Source of the DNA: Thermoplasmatota archaeon
GTDB lineage: Archaea; Thermoplasmatota; E2; DHVEG-1
Reading direction: 5' to 3'
Assembly: GCA_041550515.1 (NCBI GenBank)
Contig: JBFEOQ010000004.1
Location: 1,190 to 65,189, forward strand
DNA length: 64,000 bases
Under the pieces are notes generated by a model that worked only from the letters and a program-made list of their open reading frames with translations, did not search any database and had not been told where the DNA came from. The first letter of the stretch is position 1. Each line of letters opens with the position of its first letter. A program made the position numbers and the translations under genes. Shown piece by piece: positions 27,767 through 36,416 of this stretch.

Positions 27767-28777
27767 ATGAGTAAGGAAAAAGGAAAGAAAAAAGAAGCTA
27801 AAAAAAGCAAACTACAAGTTGCATTTTATTGGGCTGCAAGTTGTGGTGGATGTGAAATAGCAGTTCTTGACATTGATGAAAAAATCCTTGATGTAATAGG
27901 TTTAGTTGACATTTTATTTTGGCCTGTTGCAATGGATTTCAAATATAAAGATGTTGAAGCGATGAAAGATAATCATATTGATGTTTGTTTCTTTAATGGA
28001 TCTATTAGAACTGAAGAACAAGAACATATCGCTAAATTACTTCGTCAGAAATCAAAGACTATGGTTGCGTTTGGTGCATGTGCAGTAAACGGAGGTATTC
28101 CTGGTCTAGCAAATGTTGCAGATCGAAAGGATGTCTTTCACACTGCATATATAGAAAATCCATCAACGGATAACCCGAAAAGATTAGTTCCAAAAACATC
28201 GGTCAAAGTAAAAGAGGGCACATTGACACTTCCTGAGTTTTATGATACTGTAAAAACACTGGATCAAACCATTGATGTTGATTACTACTTACCAGGTTGC
28301 CCACCAACACCTGATTTAATAATGACTGCTGTTGCTGCAATTGTTGAAAATAAATTACCTCCTAAAGGCTCTGTTATTGGTCCAATGAAATCAGTATGTG
28401 ATGAATGTCGTTTTGAAAAATCTGAAAAGAAAATAAAGGAAATAAAACGAGTTTATGAACTTGATAAATGGGAAGAAAAATGTCTTCTTGAACAAGGAGT
28501 TGTCTGTTTGGGACCGGCAACTCGTGGTGGATGTGATGCTCGATGTCTCGATGCAAATATGCCATGTACTGGCTGTGGAGGTCCAACACCTAATTCTCTT
28601 GATCAAGGTGCTAAGATGATGTCAGCACTTGCATCAATTCTTGGAATTGAGGGTGAAGAAAATATGAGTGATGAAGAAGTACAAAAATTAATTGATCAAG
28701 TAGTTGACCCAGTAGGTACTTTTTACAAATATGGTCTACCTAGTGCTATTATTAATAGGAAGGTGATAAAAAAATGA
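27767..28777 (+). CDS. mvhG: [NiFe] hydrogenase small subunit, Mvh (group 3c) type
   Basis: 336 aa with AASCGGCEIAVLD, GACAVNGG, LPGCPPTP and distal Cys clusters (CDECR, CLGPATRGGCDARC, CTGCGG). Confidence 0.85.
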   Translation: MSKEKGKKKEAKKSKLQVAFYWAASCGGCEIAVLDIDEKILDVIGLVDILFWPVAMDFKYKDVEAMKDNHIDVCFFNGSIRTEEQEHIAKLLRQKSKTMVAFGACAVNGGIPGLANVADRKDVFHTAYIENPSTDNPKRLVPKTSVKVKEGTLTLPEFYDTVKTLDQTIDVDYYLPGCPPTPDLIMTAVAAIVENKLPPKGSVIGPMKSVCDECRFEKSEKKIKEIKRVYELDKWEEKCLLEQGVVCLGPATRGGCDARCLDANMPCTGCGGPTPNSLDQGAKMMSALASILGIEGEENMSDEEVQKLIDQVVDPVGTFYKYGLPSAIINRKVIKK

Positions 28778-30234
28778 AAACTATAACAATTGATCCCATA
28801 ACTCGACTTGAGGGTCATGGTAAAATTAATATTTTCCTTGATGCAAAGGGCGATGTAGCCAACGCATATTTACAGATTCCAGAATTAAGGGGTTTTGAGC
28901 GTTTTGCGCAAGGGCGAAGAGCTGAGGATATGCCTCAGATTACATCACGTATCTGTGGTGTATGTCCAGTTGCTCATCATTTTGCGTCAACTAAGGCATT
29001 AGATGCAGCATTTAATGTTGATCCACCATCTGCTGCAAAAAAACTCAGAGAATTAATGTACTCTGGATATTACATATACGATCATATCCTTCACTTTTAT
29101 TTTCTTGGTGGACCTGACTTTGTCGTTGGACCAGATGCACCTGCTGCAAAAAGAAACGTTCTTGGGGTTATTGAAAAAGCAGGAGTTGAAATAGGTAAAG
29201 AAGTTATTAAACATCGAGCATATGGTCAGAAAATTACTGCAATTTTGGGTGGTAAAGCAACTCATCCTGTTTGTGGTCTACCAGGTGGTATTTCTAAAGG
29301 ACTTAATAAAGACGAAGTAAAAGACATTGAAAAAATGACGAAATCTTGTATTGATTTTGCTAAATTCTCCTTGAAATTATTTAATGATATTGTATTAGCA
29401 AATAAGAATTATGTTGACTTAATTCTTAGTGATCCTTATCAATTAAAAACCTACAACATGGGACTTGTAGATAAAAACAACAAAGTAAATTTCTACGATG
29501 GTAAGATAAGAGTAACTGATCAACAAGGTAAAGAGAAAGTTAAATTCGATGTAAAAGACTATACAAAACACATTGCAGAACATGTTGAAGAGTGGACATA
29601 CATAAAATTCCCATATCTAAAAAGCGTAGGATGGAATGGAATGAAAGATGGTAAGGATAGCGGAATTTATAGAGTTGGACCACTTGGGAGACTTAATGCC
29701 GCTGATGGTATGGCTACTCCACTTGCAAATAAAGAATATAAGAAAATGTTTGAGATATTAGGTGGTAAAGCTGTGAATTCAACATTAGCATTTCACTGGG
29801 CAAGATTGATCGAACTTTTATATGCTACAGAAAGAACAATGGAATTAGTAAAAGATCCTGAAATAACCTCGACGAAGATTAGAAACCCCGTAGGTGAACC
29901 TGGTGAAGGTATAGGTGTAACTGAAGCTGCTCGAGGAACATTAATTCATCATTATAAACTTGATAAAAATGGACTCATAGATAAAGCTAATTTAATTGTT
30001 GCTACAACCAATAACTCAGGAGCTATAAATATGTCAATAAGAGATGCAGCTAAGGGTATTATTAAGAAAGGTAAGGTTAACGATGGATTGTTAAACATGG
30101 TTGAAATGGCATTCCGTGCGTATGATCCATGTTTTGCTTGTGCAACACATTCACTACCTGGAGGTATGCCTTTAGAAGTTAATATTTACAATAAAGAAAA
30201 AAAATTGTATAAAACCTTTAAACAAAATCTATAG
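28774..30234 (+). CDS. mvhA: [NiFe] hydrogenase large subunit, Mvh (group 3c) type
   Basis: 486 aa. The N-terminal Ni-Fe ligands are RICGVCPVAH and the C-terminal ligands are DPCFACATH, followed by a roughly 27-aa extension expected to be cleaved by the downstream protease. Confidence 0.9.
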   Translation: MKTITIDPITRLEGHGKINIFLDAKGDVANAYLQIPELRGFERFAQGRRAEDMPQITSRICGVCPVAHHFASTKALDAAFNVDPPSAAKKLRELMYSGYYIYDHILHFYFLGGPDFVVGPDAPAAKRNVLGVIEKAGVEIGKEVIKHRAYGQKITAILGGKATHPVCGLPGGISKGLNKDEVKDIEKMTKSCIDFAKFSLKLFNDIVLANKNYVDLILSDPYQLKTYNMGLVDKNNKVNFYDGKIRVTDQQGKEKVKFDVKDYTKHIAEHVEEWTYIKFPYLKSVGWNGMKDGKDSGIYRVGPLGRLNAADGMATPLANKEYKKMFEILGGKAVNSTLAFHWARLIELLYATERTMELVKDPEITSTKIRNPVGEPGEGIGVTEAARGTLIHHYKLDKNGLIDKANLIVATTNNSGAINMSIRDAAKGIIKKGKVNDGLLNMVEMAFRAYDPCFACATHSLPGGMPLEVNIYNKEKKLYKTFKQNL

Positions 30235-30248
30235 AGGAAAAATAGAAA

Positions 30249-30731
30249 ATGAAAACAATCATCCTAGGAGTTGGAAATTTGATATTAGGTGATGATGGAG
30301 TTGGTATCCACGTTGTTAATGAACTTAAAAAACAAATTCAATCACCTAATCCTAATCTTACTATCGATGAAGCTCTCACTGGAGGTATGAACTTATTGGA
30401 GCTAATCCTTGGATATGATAAAGCGATAATAGTTGATGCAGTAAGAACAAAAAATGGGAAAAATGGAGAAGTAAAAAGAATACCTCTCAATGATTTCTCT
30501 ACAGTTCATTCTTGTAATCCTCATGATGTGTCTCTTATAGAGGCTGTTGAAATGGCAAAAAAAATGGGAGAAAATCAAATTCCAAAAGAAATCATTATTA
30601 TAGGAGTAATGATGAAAGAAATACCTTGTGAATTTGGAGAAAATTTAAGTGAAAAAATTGCTGCAGCTGTTCCAAAGGCTGTGAATATGACTCTTAATGA
30701 AAGTAATAAAGATTTGAAAATTTCAAGTTGA
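30249..30731 (+). CDS. hydrogenase maturation endopeptidase (HycI/HybD/FrhD family)
   Basis: 160 aa with the ILGVGNLILGDDGVGIHV motif and later DAV...HD acidic/His residues. Confidence 0.8.
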   Translation: MKTIILGVGNLILGDDGVGIHVVNELKKQIQSPNPNLTIDEALTGGMNLLELILGYDKAIIVDAVRTKNGKNGEVKRIPLNDFSTVHSCNPHDVSLIEAVEMAKKMGENQIPKEIIIIGVMMKEIPCEFGENLSEKIAAAVPKAVNMTLNESNKDLKISS

Positions 30732-30744
30732 GGTGAAAAATAAA

Positions 30745-31167
30745 ATGACAGATAAATTTGAACCAAATATTATAGGTTTTTTATGTAACTGGTGTTCGTA
30801 TGCCGGTGCAGATCTAGCAGGAACAAGCAGGATAAAATATCCTCCAAACATAAAATCGATAAGAGTAATGTGCTCTGGGAGAGTTGATCCTGTTTTTATC
30901 CTTGAGGCATTGAGAAAAGGGGCAGATGGGGTGCTTGTTGCTGGCTGTCACCCAGGTGATTGTCACTATCAATCTGGAAATTACAAGACTAACCGTAGAA
31001 TTAGACTTTTAAAAAAGCTCCTTAGCGAAATGGCAATTGACCCTAACAGAGTTAGATTCGAATATGTTTCTGCTTCTGAAGGTCAAAAATTTGCACAGGT
31101 TGTAACCGACTTTGTGGATGAACTTAAAAAAATGGGACCTAACCCTTTAATAAAATTGAAAGCATGA
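30745..31167 (+). CDS. mvhD: methyl-viologen-reducing hydrogenase delta subunit (MvhD), copy 1
   Basis: Carries FEPNIIGFLCNWCSYAGADLAG and GCHPGDCHY. ATG 30745 is preferred (GAGGTGA lies 9 nt upstream). The track uses GTG 30733. Confidence 0.85.
   Translation: MTDKFEPNIIGFLCNWCSYAGADLAGTSRIKYPPNIKSIRVMCSGRVDPVFILEALRKGADGVLVAGCHPGDCHYQSGNYKTNRRIRLLKKLLSEMAIDPNRVRFEYVSASEGQKFAQVVTDFVDELKKMGPNPLIKLKA
30754..30815 (+). repeat. near-identical 5' coding block shared by the two mvhD copies (partner 31197-31258)
   Basis: There is 1 mismatch in 62 nt (a 50-nt perfect run, 30754-30803 = 31197-31246). Immediately downstream the copies differ at many synonymous positions. Confidence 0.85.
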
Positions 31168-31187
31168 AAAAAATTGGAGGTTAAAAA

Positions 31188-31616
31188 ATGAAAGAAAAAT
31201 TTGAACCAAATATTATAGGTTTTTTATGTAACTGGTGTTCGTATGCTGGTGCAGATCTTGCTGGAACTAGTAGAATTCAATATCCCCCAAATTTAAAAGT
31301 AATCCGAGTAATGTGTTCTGGTAGAGTAAATCCTATTTTTGTAATAAATGCACTTCAGCAAGGTGCAGATGGAGTACTCATTGGTGGTTGTCACCCGGGT
31401 GATTGTCACTATGAACGTGGTAATTATCTAGCAAGACGTCGAATTTCAGTATTAAAAAAACTTTTGGACTACACAGGTATTGATCCTAATAGAGTTAGGA
31501 TGACTTGGGTGTCTGCAGCTGAAGGACATAAATTTGCTGAAGTAGTAAAAGAAGTAACTGAGGATATAAGAAAATTAGGACCAATGCAACATTTCAAGAG
31601 GGGGAACAAATGGTAA
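31188..31616 (+). CDS. mvhD: methyl-viologen-reducing hydrogenase delta subunit (MvhD), copy 2
   Basis: 142 aa with the same motifs as copy 1. GGAGGT lies upstream of the ATG. Confidence 0.85.
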   Translation: MKEKFEPNIIGFLCNWCSYAGADLAGTSRIQYPPNLKVIRVMCSGRVNPIFVINALQQGADGVLIGGCHPGDCHYERGNYLARRRISVLKKLLDYTGIDPNRVRMTWVSAAEGHKFAEVVKEVTEDIRKLGPMQHFKRGNKW

Positions 31617-32593
31617 ACGAAAAAGAACTTCAAGATGCAGTTGAAAAAACTATAAAGAGAGATGATGTAAAATACATTGTTGGTTATGAAAAGGGAACTT
31701 ATGGATTCCAAGTAACCCCATCTTTTGCATATAAACCTGAAGATGCAAAAAAATTCATTTTTACACCATTATGTGTCCATAATTTAACTGTATTTCCCAT
31801 GCTAGAAGAGAAACCTCCACTTCGAAAAGGAGAAGAACCAGATTCACGTAAAGTTGGTGTTGTAGTAAAAGGATGTGACTCTAGAGCAGTTATTCAGATC
31901 ATACAAGAAAAGGGTTTAGATCGCGACAAAGTAGTGATAATTGGCATTCCTTGTACAGGAGTTGTTGATCCAAAGAAAATTGAAGCAAAATTTCCGGGTA
32001 TATCAAAAAATGCAGATGTAAAGGATGATGGCGATAAATTCATTATTTCACTAGATGGAAAAACTCACAAAATTGTCAAAGATGAATTAATGCCTGATAA
32101 ATGTAAAACATGCGAATATCCTACACCAATTCTCTATGATATACTTATAGGACAAGAAATTAAAAGCACGAAAAAAGAAGATTACAAAAATGTAAAAGAT
32201 TTTGAAAATACATCAATGAAAAACAAATGGGAATACTGGGAAAAACAATTTGATAAATGTATTCGTTGTTACGCCTGTAGAAATGCTTGTCCTCTTTGTT
32301 ATTGTAAAGAATGTATAGTTGATCAATTGGAACCTCAATGGGTACGTCGATCTGTAGATGTTTCTGAAAATACTGTTTGGAATCTTATACGTGCATTTCA
32401 CTTAGCGGGTAGATGTATTGGGTGTGGTCAGTGTGAACGCGTTTGTCCAATGGATTTACCTTTAATGGAACTTAACAAAAAACTTGAAAAAGATATCAAA
32501 GAGATGTTCGAATATATCCCAGGAATTAATGCCGAGGAAAAACCTCTTCTTGCAATGTTTAAACCTGATGATCCGGAGGAATTTATTTTGTGA
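31610..32593 (+). CDS. iron-sulfur protein, FlxC-like (2x[4Fe-4S] with extra Cys)
   Basis: 327 aa with VVKGCDSRAV, CIRCYACRNACPLCYCKEC and CIGCGQCERVCP. It sits between mvhD and the AsrA/AsrB-like pair, as in flxDCBA-type arrangements. Confidence 0.55.
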   Translation: MVNEKELQDAVEKTIKRDDVKYIVGYEKGTYGFQVTPSFAYKPEDAKKFIFTPLCVHNLTVFPMLEEKPPLRKGEEPDSRKVGVVVKGCDSRAVIQIIQEKGLDRDKVVIIGIPCTGVVDPKKIEAKFPGISKNADVKDDGDKFIISLDGKTHKIVKDELMPDKCKTCEYPTPILYDILIGQEIKSTKKEDYKNVKDFENTSMKNKWEYWEKQFDKCIRCYACRNACPLCYCKECIVDQLEPQWVRRSVDVSENTVWNLIRAFHLAGRCIGCGQCERVCPMDLPLMELNKKLEKDIKEMFEYIPGINAEEKPLLAMFKPDDPEEFIL

Positions 32594-32604
32594 GGTGAAA
32601 AAAG

Positions 32605-33627
32605 ATGGATAAATTAGTTTTATCAAAGGATGATCTTCAAAAATTTATTGATGAATTGTTAAAGAAAGATACAATTTATGCACCTGTTGAAGATAATGGA
32701 ACGGTTATATTTAATCAAATCAAGAAATCAAATGAACCAAATTTCAATTATCAAAACTCTAAATTCCCACCTAAAGCATTAATTTTTAACCAGACTGAAA
32801 CTTTATTTAAATTTAAACCAGGCCCAAAGGGCGATATTGAACCAATTAAAATTGATGAGAAAAAAATTATTTTTGGATTAAGACCATGTGATGCAAAAAG
32901 CCTTGCAATTCTTGATCATGCTTTTACTGGCGACTATAAGGATCCTTATTTCTTAAAAAGACGAGATAATTCAATCCTTATTGGCCTTGCTTGCATAAAA
33001 CCTGGTGTAAATTGTTTTTGTACCTCTCTTGATGATAGCCCAGCATCTTCAAAATATGTTGATATATTATTTACAGATATCGGTGATAAATACTATGTCG
33101 AAGTTATAACTGATAAAGGTAAACAAATTATAAAAAATGTAAGTAAATTCTTCAAACCTGCTAAAGAAAAAGATACTAAAAATAAAAAAGAAATAGAGAA
33201 ACGATCTATTAATTCAATTAAAAGAAGTCAAAAAACTGAGAAAATCGTTGAAAAATTAGATAAAATATTTGAAAACAAATTTTGGAAGGAAGTTGCAGAT
33301 AGATGTATTGGATGTGGAACTTGTACTTATTTATGTCCGACTTGTCATTGTTTTGATATCCAGGATGAATCAACGCTTACAAAAGGAGCACGTATTCGTG
33401 TTTGGGATACATGTATGAATCCAGAATATACTGTGCATGCATCAGGTTATAATCCACGACCTGCAAGAACAAATCGTGTTAGAAACCGAGTTTATCATAA
33501 ATACAACTACTACCCAAAAAATTTTGATATAATTGCATGTGTTGGATGCGGTCGTTGTATTGATTTATGCCCTGTAAATATCGATATAATTGATGTTGTT
33601 ACTCGTGCGGGGGAGGTGAAACCATGA
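32605..33627 (+). CDS. iron-sulfur protein of the AsrA / sulfhydrogenase beta (HydB) / FlxB type
   Basis: 340 aa with GLRPCDAKS, CIGCGTCTYLCPTCHCFD and CVGCGRCIDLCP. Confidence 0.65.
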   Translation: MDKLVLSKDDLQKFIDELLKKDTIYAPVEDNGTVIFNQIKKSNEPNFNYQNSKFPPKALIFNQTETLFKFKPGPKGDIEPIKIDEKKIIFGLRPCDAKSLAILDHAFTGDYKDPYFLKRRDNSILIGLACIKPGVNCFCTSLDDSPASSKYVDILFTDIGDKYYVEVITDKGKQIIKNVSKFFKPAKEKDTKNKKEIEKRSINSIKRSQKTEKIVEKLDKIFENKFWKEVADRCIGCGTCTYLCPTCHCFDIQDESTLTKGARIRVWDTCMNPEYTVHASGYNPRPARTNRVRNRVYHKYNYYPKNFDIIACVGCGRCIDLCPVNIDIIDVVTRAGEVKP

Positions 33628-34463
33628 AGGAAAATCCTTATGAACCTTGGCTTGCAACTGTCGAAGAAATAAGAAAGGAAGCCGGTGGTCAAAGGCCAAT
33701 AAAAACGTTTAAACTGAAATTCAAAGATAAAAAAATTCAAGAAAATTTCTCATATGTTCCTGGACAATGTGCAATGGTTAGTCTACTTGGTATGGGAGAA
33801 TGTTTCTTTGCAATATCTTCTTCTCCAACTAAAAAAGATTTTATTGAAGTAAGTGTAATGAAACTCGGTAAGGTAACCACTGCATTGCATGAATTAGAAC
33901 CTGGTGATACAGTAGGTGTTAGAGGTCCTTATGGTAATTACTTTGATGTCAATGGTTGGAAAGGTAAGAACCTTATTTTTATAGGAGGTGGTATAGGTCA
34001 AGCACCTCTTAGGTCTCTTATCCAATACGTTGTCGATAAGAGAAAAGACTATGGTAAACTTGATATAATTTACGGTGCTCGTACATCAAAAGATATCAGT
34101 TACAAAAAAGAATTTGAAGAACTTGAGAAACGCAAAGATGTAAATGTTCATCTTTCAATTGATGTAAAAGAGAACGGTTGGAAAAAGTTTGTTGGATTCG
34201 TACCAGATAATCTATTAAAAGTTAAACCATCACCAAAGAATTCTATTGCAATCACCTGTGGTCCACCAATTATGATTAAGTTTGTAATTCAAAATTTAGA
34301 GAAGTTAGGTTTTACCGAAGATCAAATTTTTACAACTCTTGAAATGAGAATGAAATGTGGAATTGGAAAATGTGGTAGATGTAATATTGGGAATCTTTAT
34401 GTATGTAAAGATGGCCCAGTGTTTTCATACAAACAATTGAAAAATATTTATGGAGAAAGATAG
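33624..34463 (+). CDS. FAD/NAD(P)H-binding 2Fe-2S flavoprotein of the AsrB / sulfhydrogenase gamma (HydG) / FlxA type
   Basis: 279 aa with the ferredoxin-NADP-reductase-like layout (PGQCAMVS, IGGGIGQAPLRS) and C-terminal CGIGKCGRCNIG...VCKDGPVF. Confidence 0.75.
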   Translation: MKENPYEPWLATVEEIRKEAGGQRPIKTFKLKFKDKKIQENFSYVPGQCAMVSLLGMGECFFAISSSPTKKDFIEVSVMKLGKVTTALHELEPGDTVGVRGPYGNYFDVNGWKGKNLIFIGGGIGQAPLRSLIQYVVDKRKDYGKLDIIYGARTSKDISYKKEFEELEKRKDVNVHLSIDVKENGWKKFVGFVPDNLLKVKPSPKNSIAITCGPPIMIKFVIQNLEKLGFTEDQIFTTLEMRMKCGIGKCGRCNIGNLYVCKDGPVFSYKQLKNIYGER

Positions 34464-34472
34464 GTGATACCT

Positions 34473-36416
34473 ATGAAAATAGGAGTTTATGTTTGTCAAT
34501 GTGGAATTAACATTGCGCATACAGTAGACACTGAACGGGTTGTAGATCTTGTAAAGAATCTGCCAAATGTTGAAATTGCTCGTGACTATAAGTATATGTG
34601 CTCTGATCCTGGTCAAGAGCTAATAAAAAAGGATATCAATGAGATCAATCTTGATCGAGTTGTTGTTGCAAGTTGTTCTCCACGTATGCATGAGCCGACA
34701 TTTCGAAAAGTTCTTGAAGAATCAGGAATGAATCCATATTTTTTTGAAATGGTAAATTTAAGAGAGCAATGCTCATGGGTACATGAAGATAAAGAACAAG
34801 CTACTCTTAAATCAGTTGACCTTATTTCTGGAGCTGTTACACGTGCAACATTTTTGGAACCTCTCGAGAAGAAAAAAGTAAGTGTCATTCCAAAGGCACT
34901 TGTAATAGGTGGAGGTATTGCAGGTATTCAAGCAGCTTTGGGGATTGCAGATAAAGGTTTCAAGACATATCTAGTTGAGCGTAGCCCTAGTATTGGTGGT
35001 CGTATGGCTCAACTTGATAAAACATTTCCCACTCTTGATTGCTCTGCCTGTATTCTAACTCCTAAAATGGTTGATGTTGCTCGTCATCCAAATATTGAAC
35101 TTATGACCTATTCTGAAATAGAGAGTGTTGATGGATATATTGGTAATTTTAAAGTAAAAATAAAGAAGAAACCTAGATACATTGACATAGAAAAATGTGT
35201 GGGTTGCGGTAATTGTGCTGAAGCTTGTAGACTTCATGCTAGAATTCAAAATGAATTTGATATGAATCTGAGTAAACGTAGTGCAATTTATGTTCCATTT
35301 CCGCAGGCGGTACCCCTAAAATATACGATTGATCCTGATAAGTGCATTACTTTAAAAACTGGTAAATGTGGCGATCATGCTTTATGTATCGAAGCCTGTG
35401 ATAGAGATGCAATTAATTTTGATCAAAAAGAAGAAATTATAGAAATCGAAGTTGGAACAATTGTTGTAGCAACTGGTTTTGATTTATTTGATGCCAAAGA
35501 AAAACCAGAGTATGGTTATGGCAAGTATGAGAATGTGATTACTGGTTTAGAATTTGAAAGACTTGTTTCTGCATCAGGACCTACAAGTGGACACGTTGAA
35601 ATTAATGGTAAAGAACCTAAAAATGTTGTTTTCATCCAATGTGTTGGATCACGTGATAAAAAAACTAACGAATATTGCTCTCGTGTTTGTTGTATGTACA
35701 CAGCAAAACAGGCACATATGATTAAAGAAAAATTACCTAATGCAAATTTAATAATTTACTATACGGATGTTAGAGCTTTTGGTAAAGGTTTTGAAGAGTT
35801 TTATAACAGAGTACAAGGTGAAGGTATCATTTATAGACGTAGAGAGCTTGATGATTTAATTCAAATTAATAAGAAAGGGGATAAAACTATTATAAAAGCT
35901 GAAGGTCATCCTGATATCGAAGCTGATCTTGTTATTCTTGCAACAGGTATTATCCCACGTAAAGATTCAAAGGACTTCGCTAGAATTTTAAATATTAATC
36001 AAAGTGCTGATGGATTCTTTTTAGAGGCTCATCCAAAACTTAGACCAGTTGACACATTTACTGAAGGTATTTTCCTTGCAGGTTGTTGTCAGAGTCCTAA
36101 AGATATACCTGATGCTGTTGCTCAAGCGAGTGGGGCAGCGATTAGAGCATCTGAACCACTTGCAGCAGGAGAGGTTGAAGTAGAAGCGATTTCATCATAT
36201 ATCGATGAAGAATTATGTAGTGGTTGTAGAATTTGTGAAGATCTTTGTGCATACAATGCCTTGGAGTTTGATCTGAAAGAAAAAGTGATGCGAGTAAATG
36301 ATGTTATGTGTAAAGGTTGTGGAAGTTGTGCATCAGCTTGTCCAACTGGTGCTATTTCGATGAGACATTTCAATCTGAAACAAATACTCGCACAAATAGG
36401 AGGATTGACAAAATGA
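34473..36416 (+). CDS. hdrA: heterodisulfide reductase subunit A (canonical single-module form)
   Basis: 647 aa from ATG 34473 (AGGTGA lies upstream; the track uses GTG 34464). It has IGVYVCQCGINIA, LVIGGGIAGIQAA, LDKTFPTLDCSAC, an inserted Fd domain (CVGCGNCAEAC...CIEACD), CVGSRD..YCSRVCCMYT and a C-terminal CSGCRICEDLC/CKGCGSCASACP. Confidence 0.9.
   Translation: MKIGVYVCQCGINIAHTVDTERVVDLVKNLPNVEIARDYKYMCSDPGQELIKKDINEINLDRVVVASCSPRMHEPTFRKVLEESGMNPYFFEMVNLREQCSWVHEDKEQATLKSVDLISGAVTRATFLEPLEKKKVSVIPKALVIGGGIAGIQAALGIADKGFKTYLVERSPSIGGRMAQLDKTFPTLDCSACILTPKMVDVARHPNIELMTYSEIESVDGYIGNFKVKIKKKPRYIDIEKCVGCGNCAEACRLHARIQNEFDMNLSKRSAIYVPFPQAVPLKYTIDPDKCITLKTGKCGDHALCIEACDRDAINFDQKEEIIEIEVGTIVVATGFDLFDAKEKPEYGYGKYENVITGLEFERLVSASGPTSGHVEINGKEPKNVVFIQCVGSRDKKTNEYCSRVCCMYTAKQAHMIKEKLPNANLIIYYTDVRAFGKGFEEFYNRVQGEGIIYRRRELDDLIQINKKGDKTIIKAEGHPDIEADLVILATGIIPRKDSKDFARILNINQSADGFFLEAHPKLRPVDTFTEGIFLAGCCQSPKDIPDAVAQASGAAIRASEPLAAGEVEVEAISSYIDEELCSGCRICEDLCAYNALEFDLKEKVMRVNDVMCKGCGSCASACPTGAISMRHFNLKQILAQIGGLTK
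34588..34741 (+). repeat. near-identical nucleotide block shared by the two adjacent hdrA genes (partner 36527-36680)
   Basis: By hand alignment at constant offset 1939 there are 4 mismatches in 154 nt, and 34648-34741 is a 94-nt perfect match to 36587-36680. Confidence 0.85.
34986..35093 (+). repeat. near-identical nucleotide block shared by the two adjacent hdrA genes (partner 36925-37032)
   Basis: By hand alignment at offset 1939 there are 2 mismatches in 108 nt. Confidence 0.85.
35531..35701 (+). repeat. near-identical nucleotide block shared by the two adjacent hdrA genes (partner 39148-39318)
   Basis: By hand alignment at offset 3617 there are 6 mismatches in 171 nt, including perfect runs of 63 and 71 nt. 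Confidence 0.85.

Noticed and set aside
27767-32593. The hydrogenase could be an F420-reducing (Frh) enzyme, with 31610-32593 as FrhB.
   Set aside because: The adjacent mvhD genes and hdrABC argue for the Mvh (group 3c) type. The 327-aa protein has ferredoxin-like CxxCxxCxxxC motifs, but I see no FrhB-type flavin-binding signature. No other methanogen or F420 marker is present in the window.
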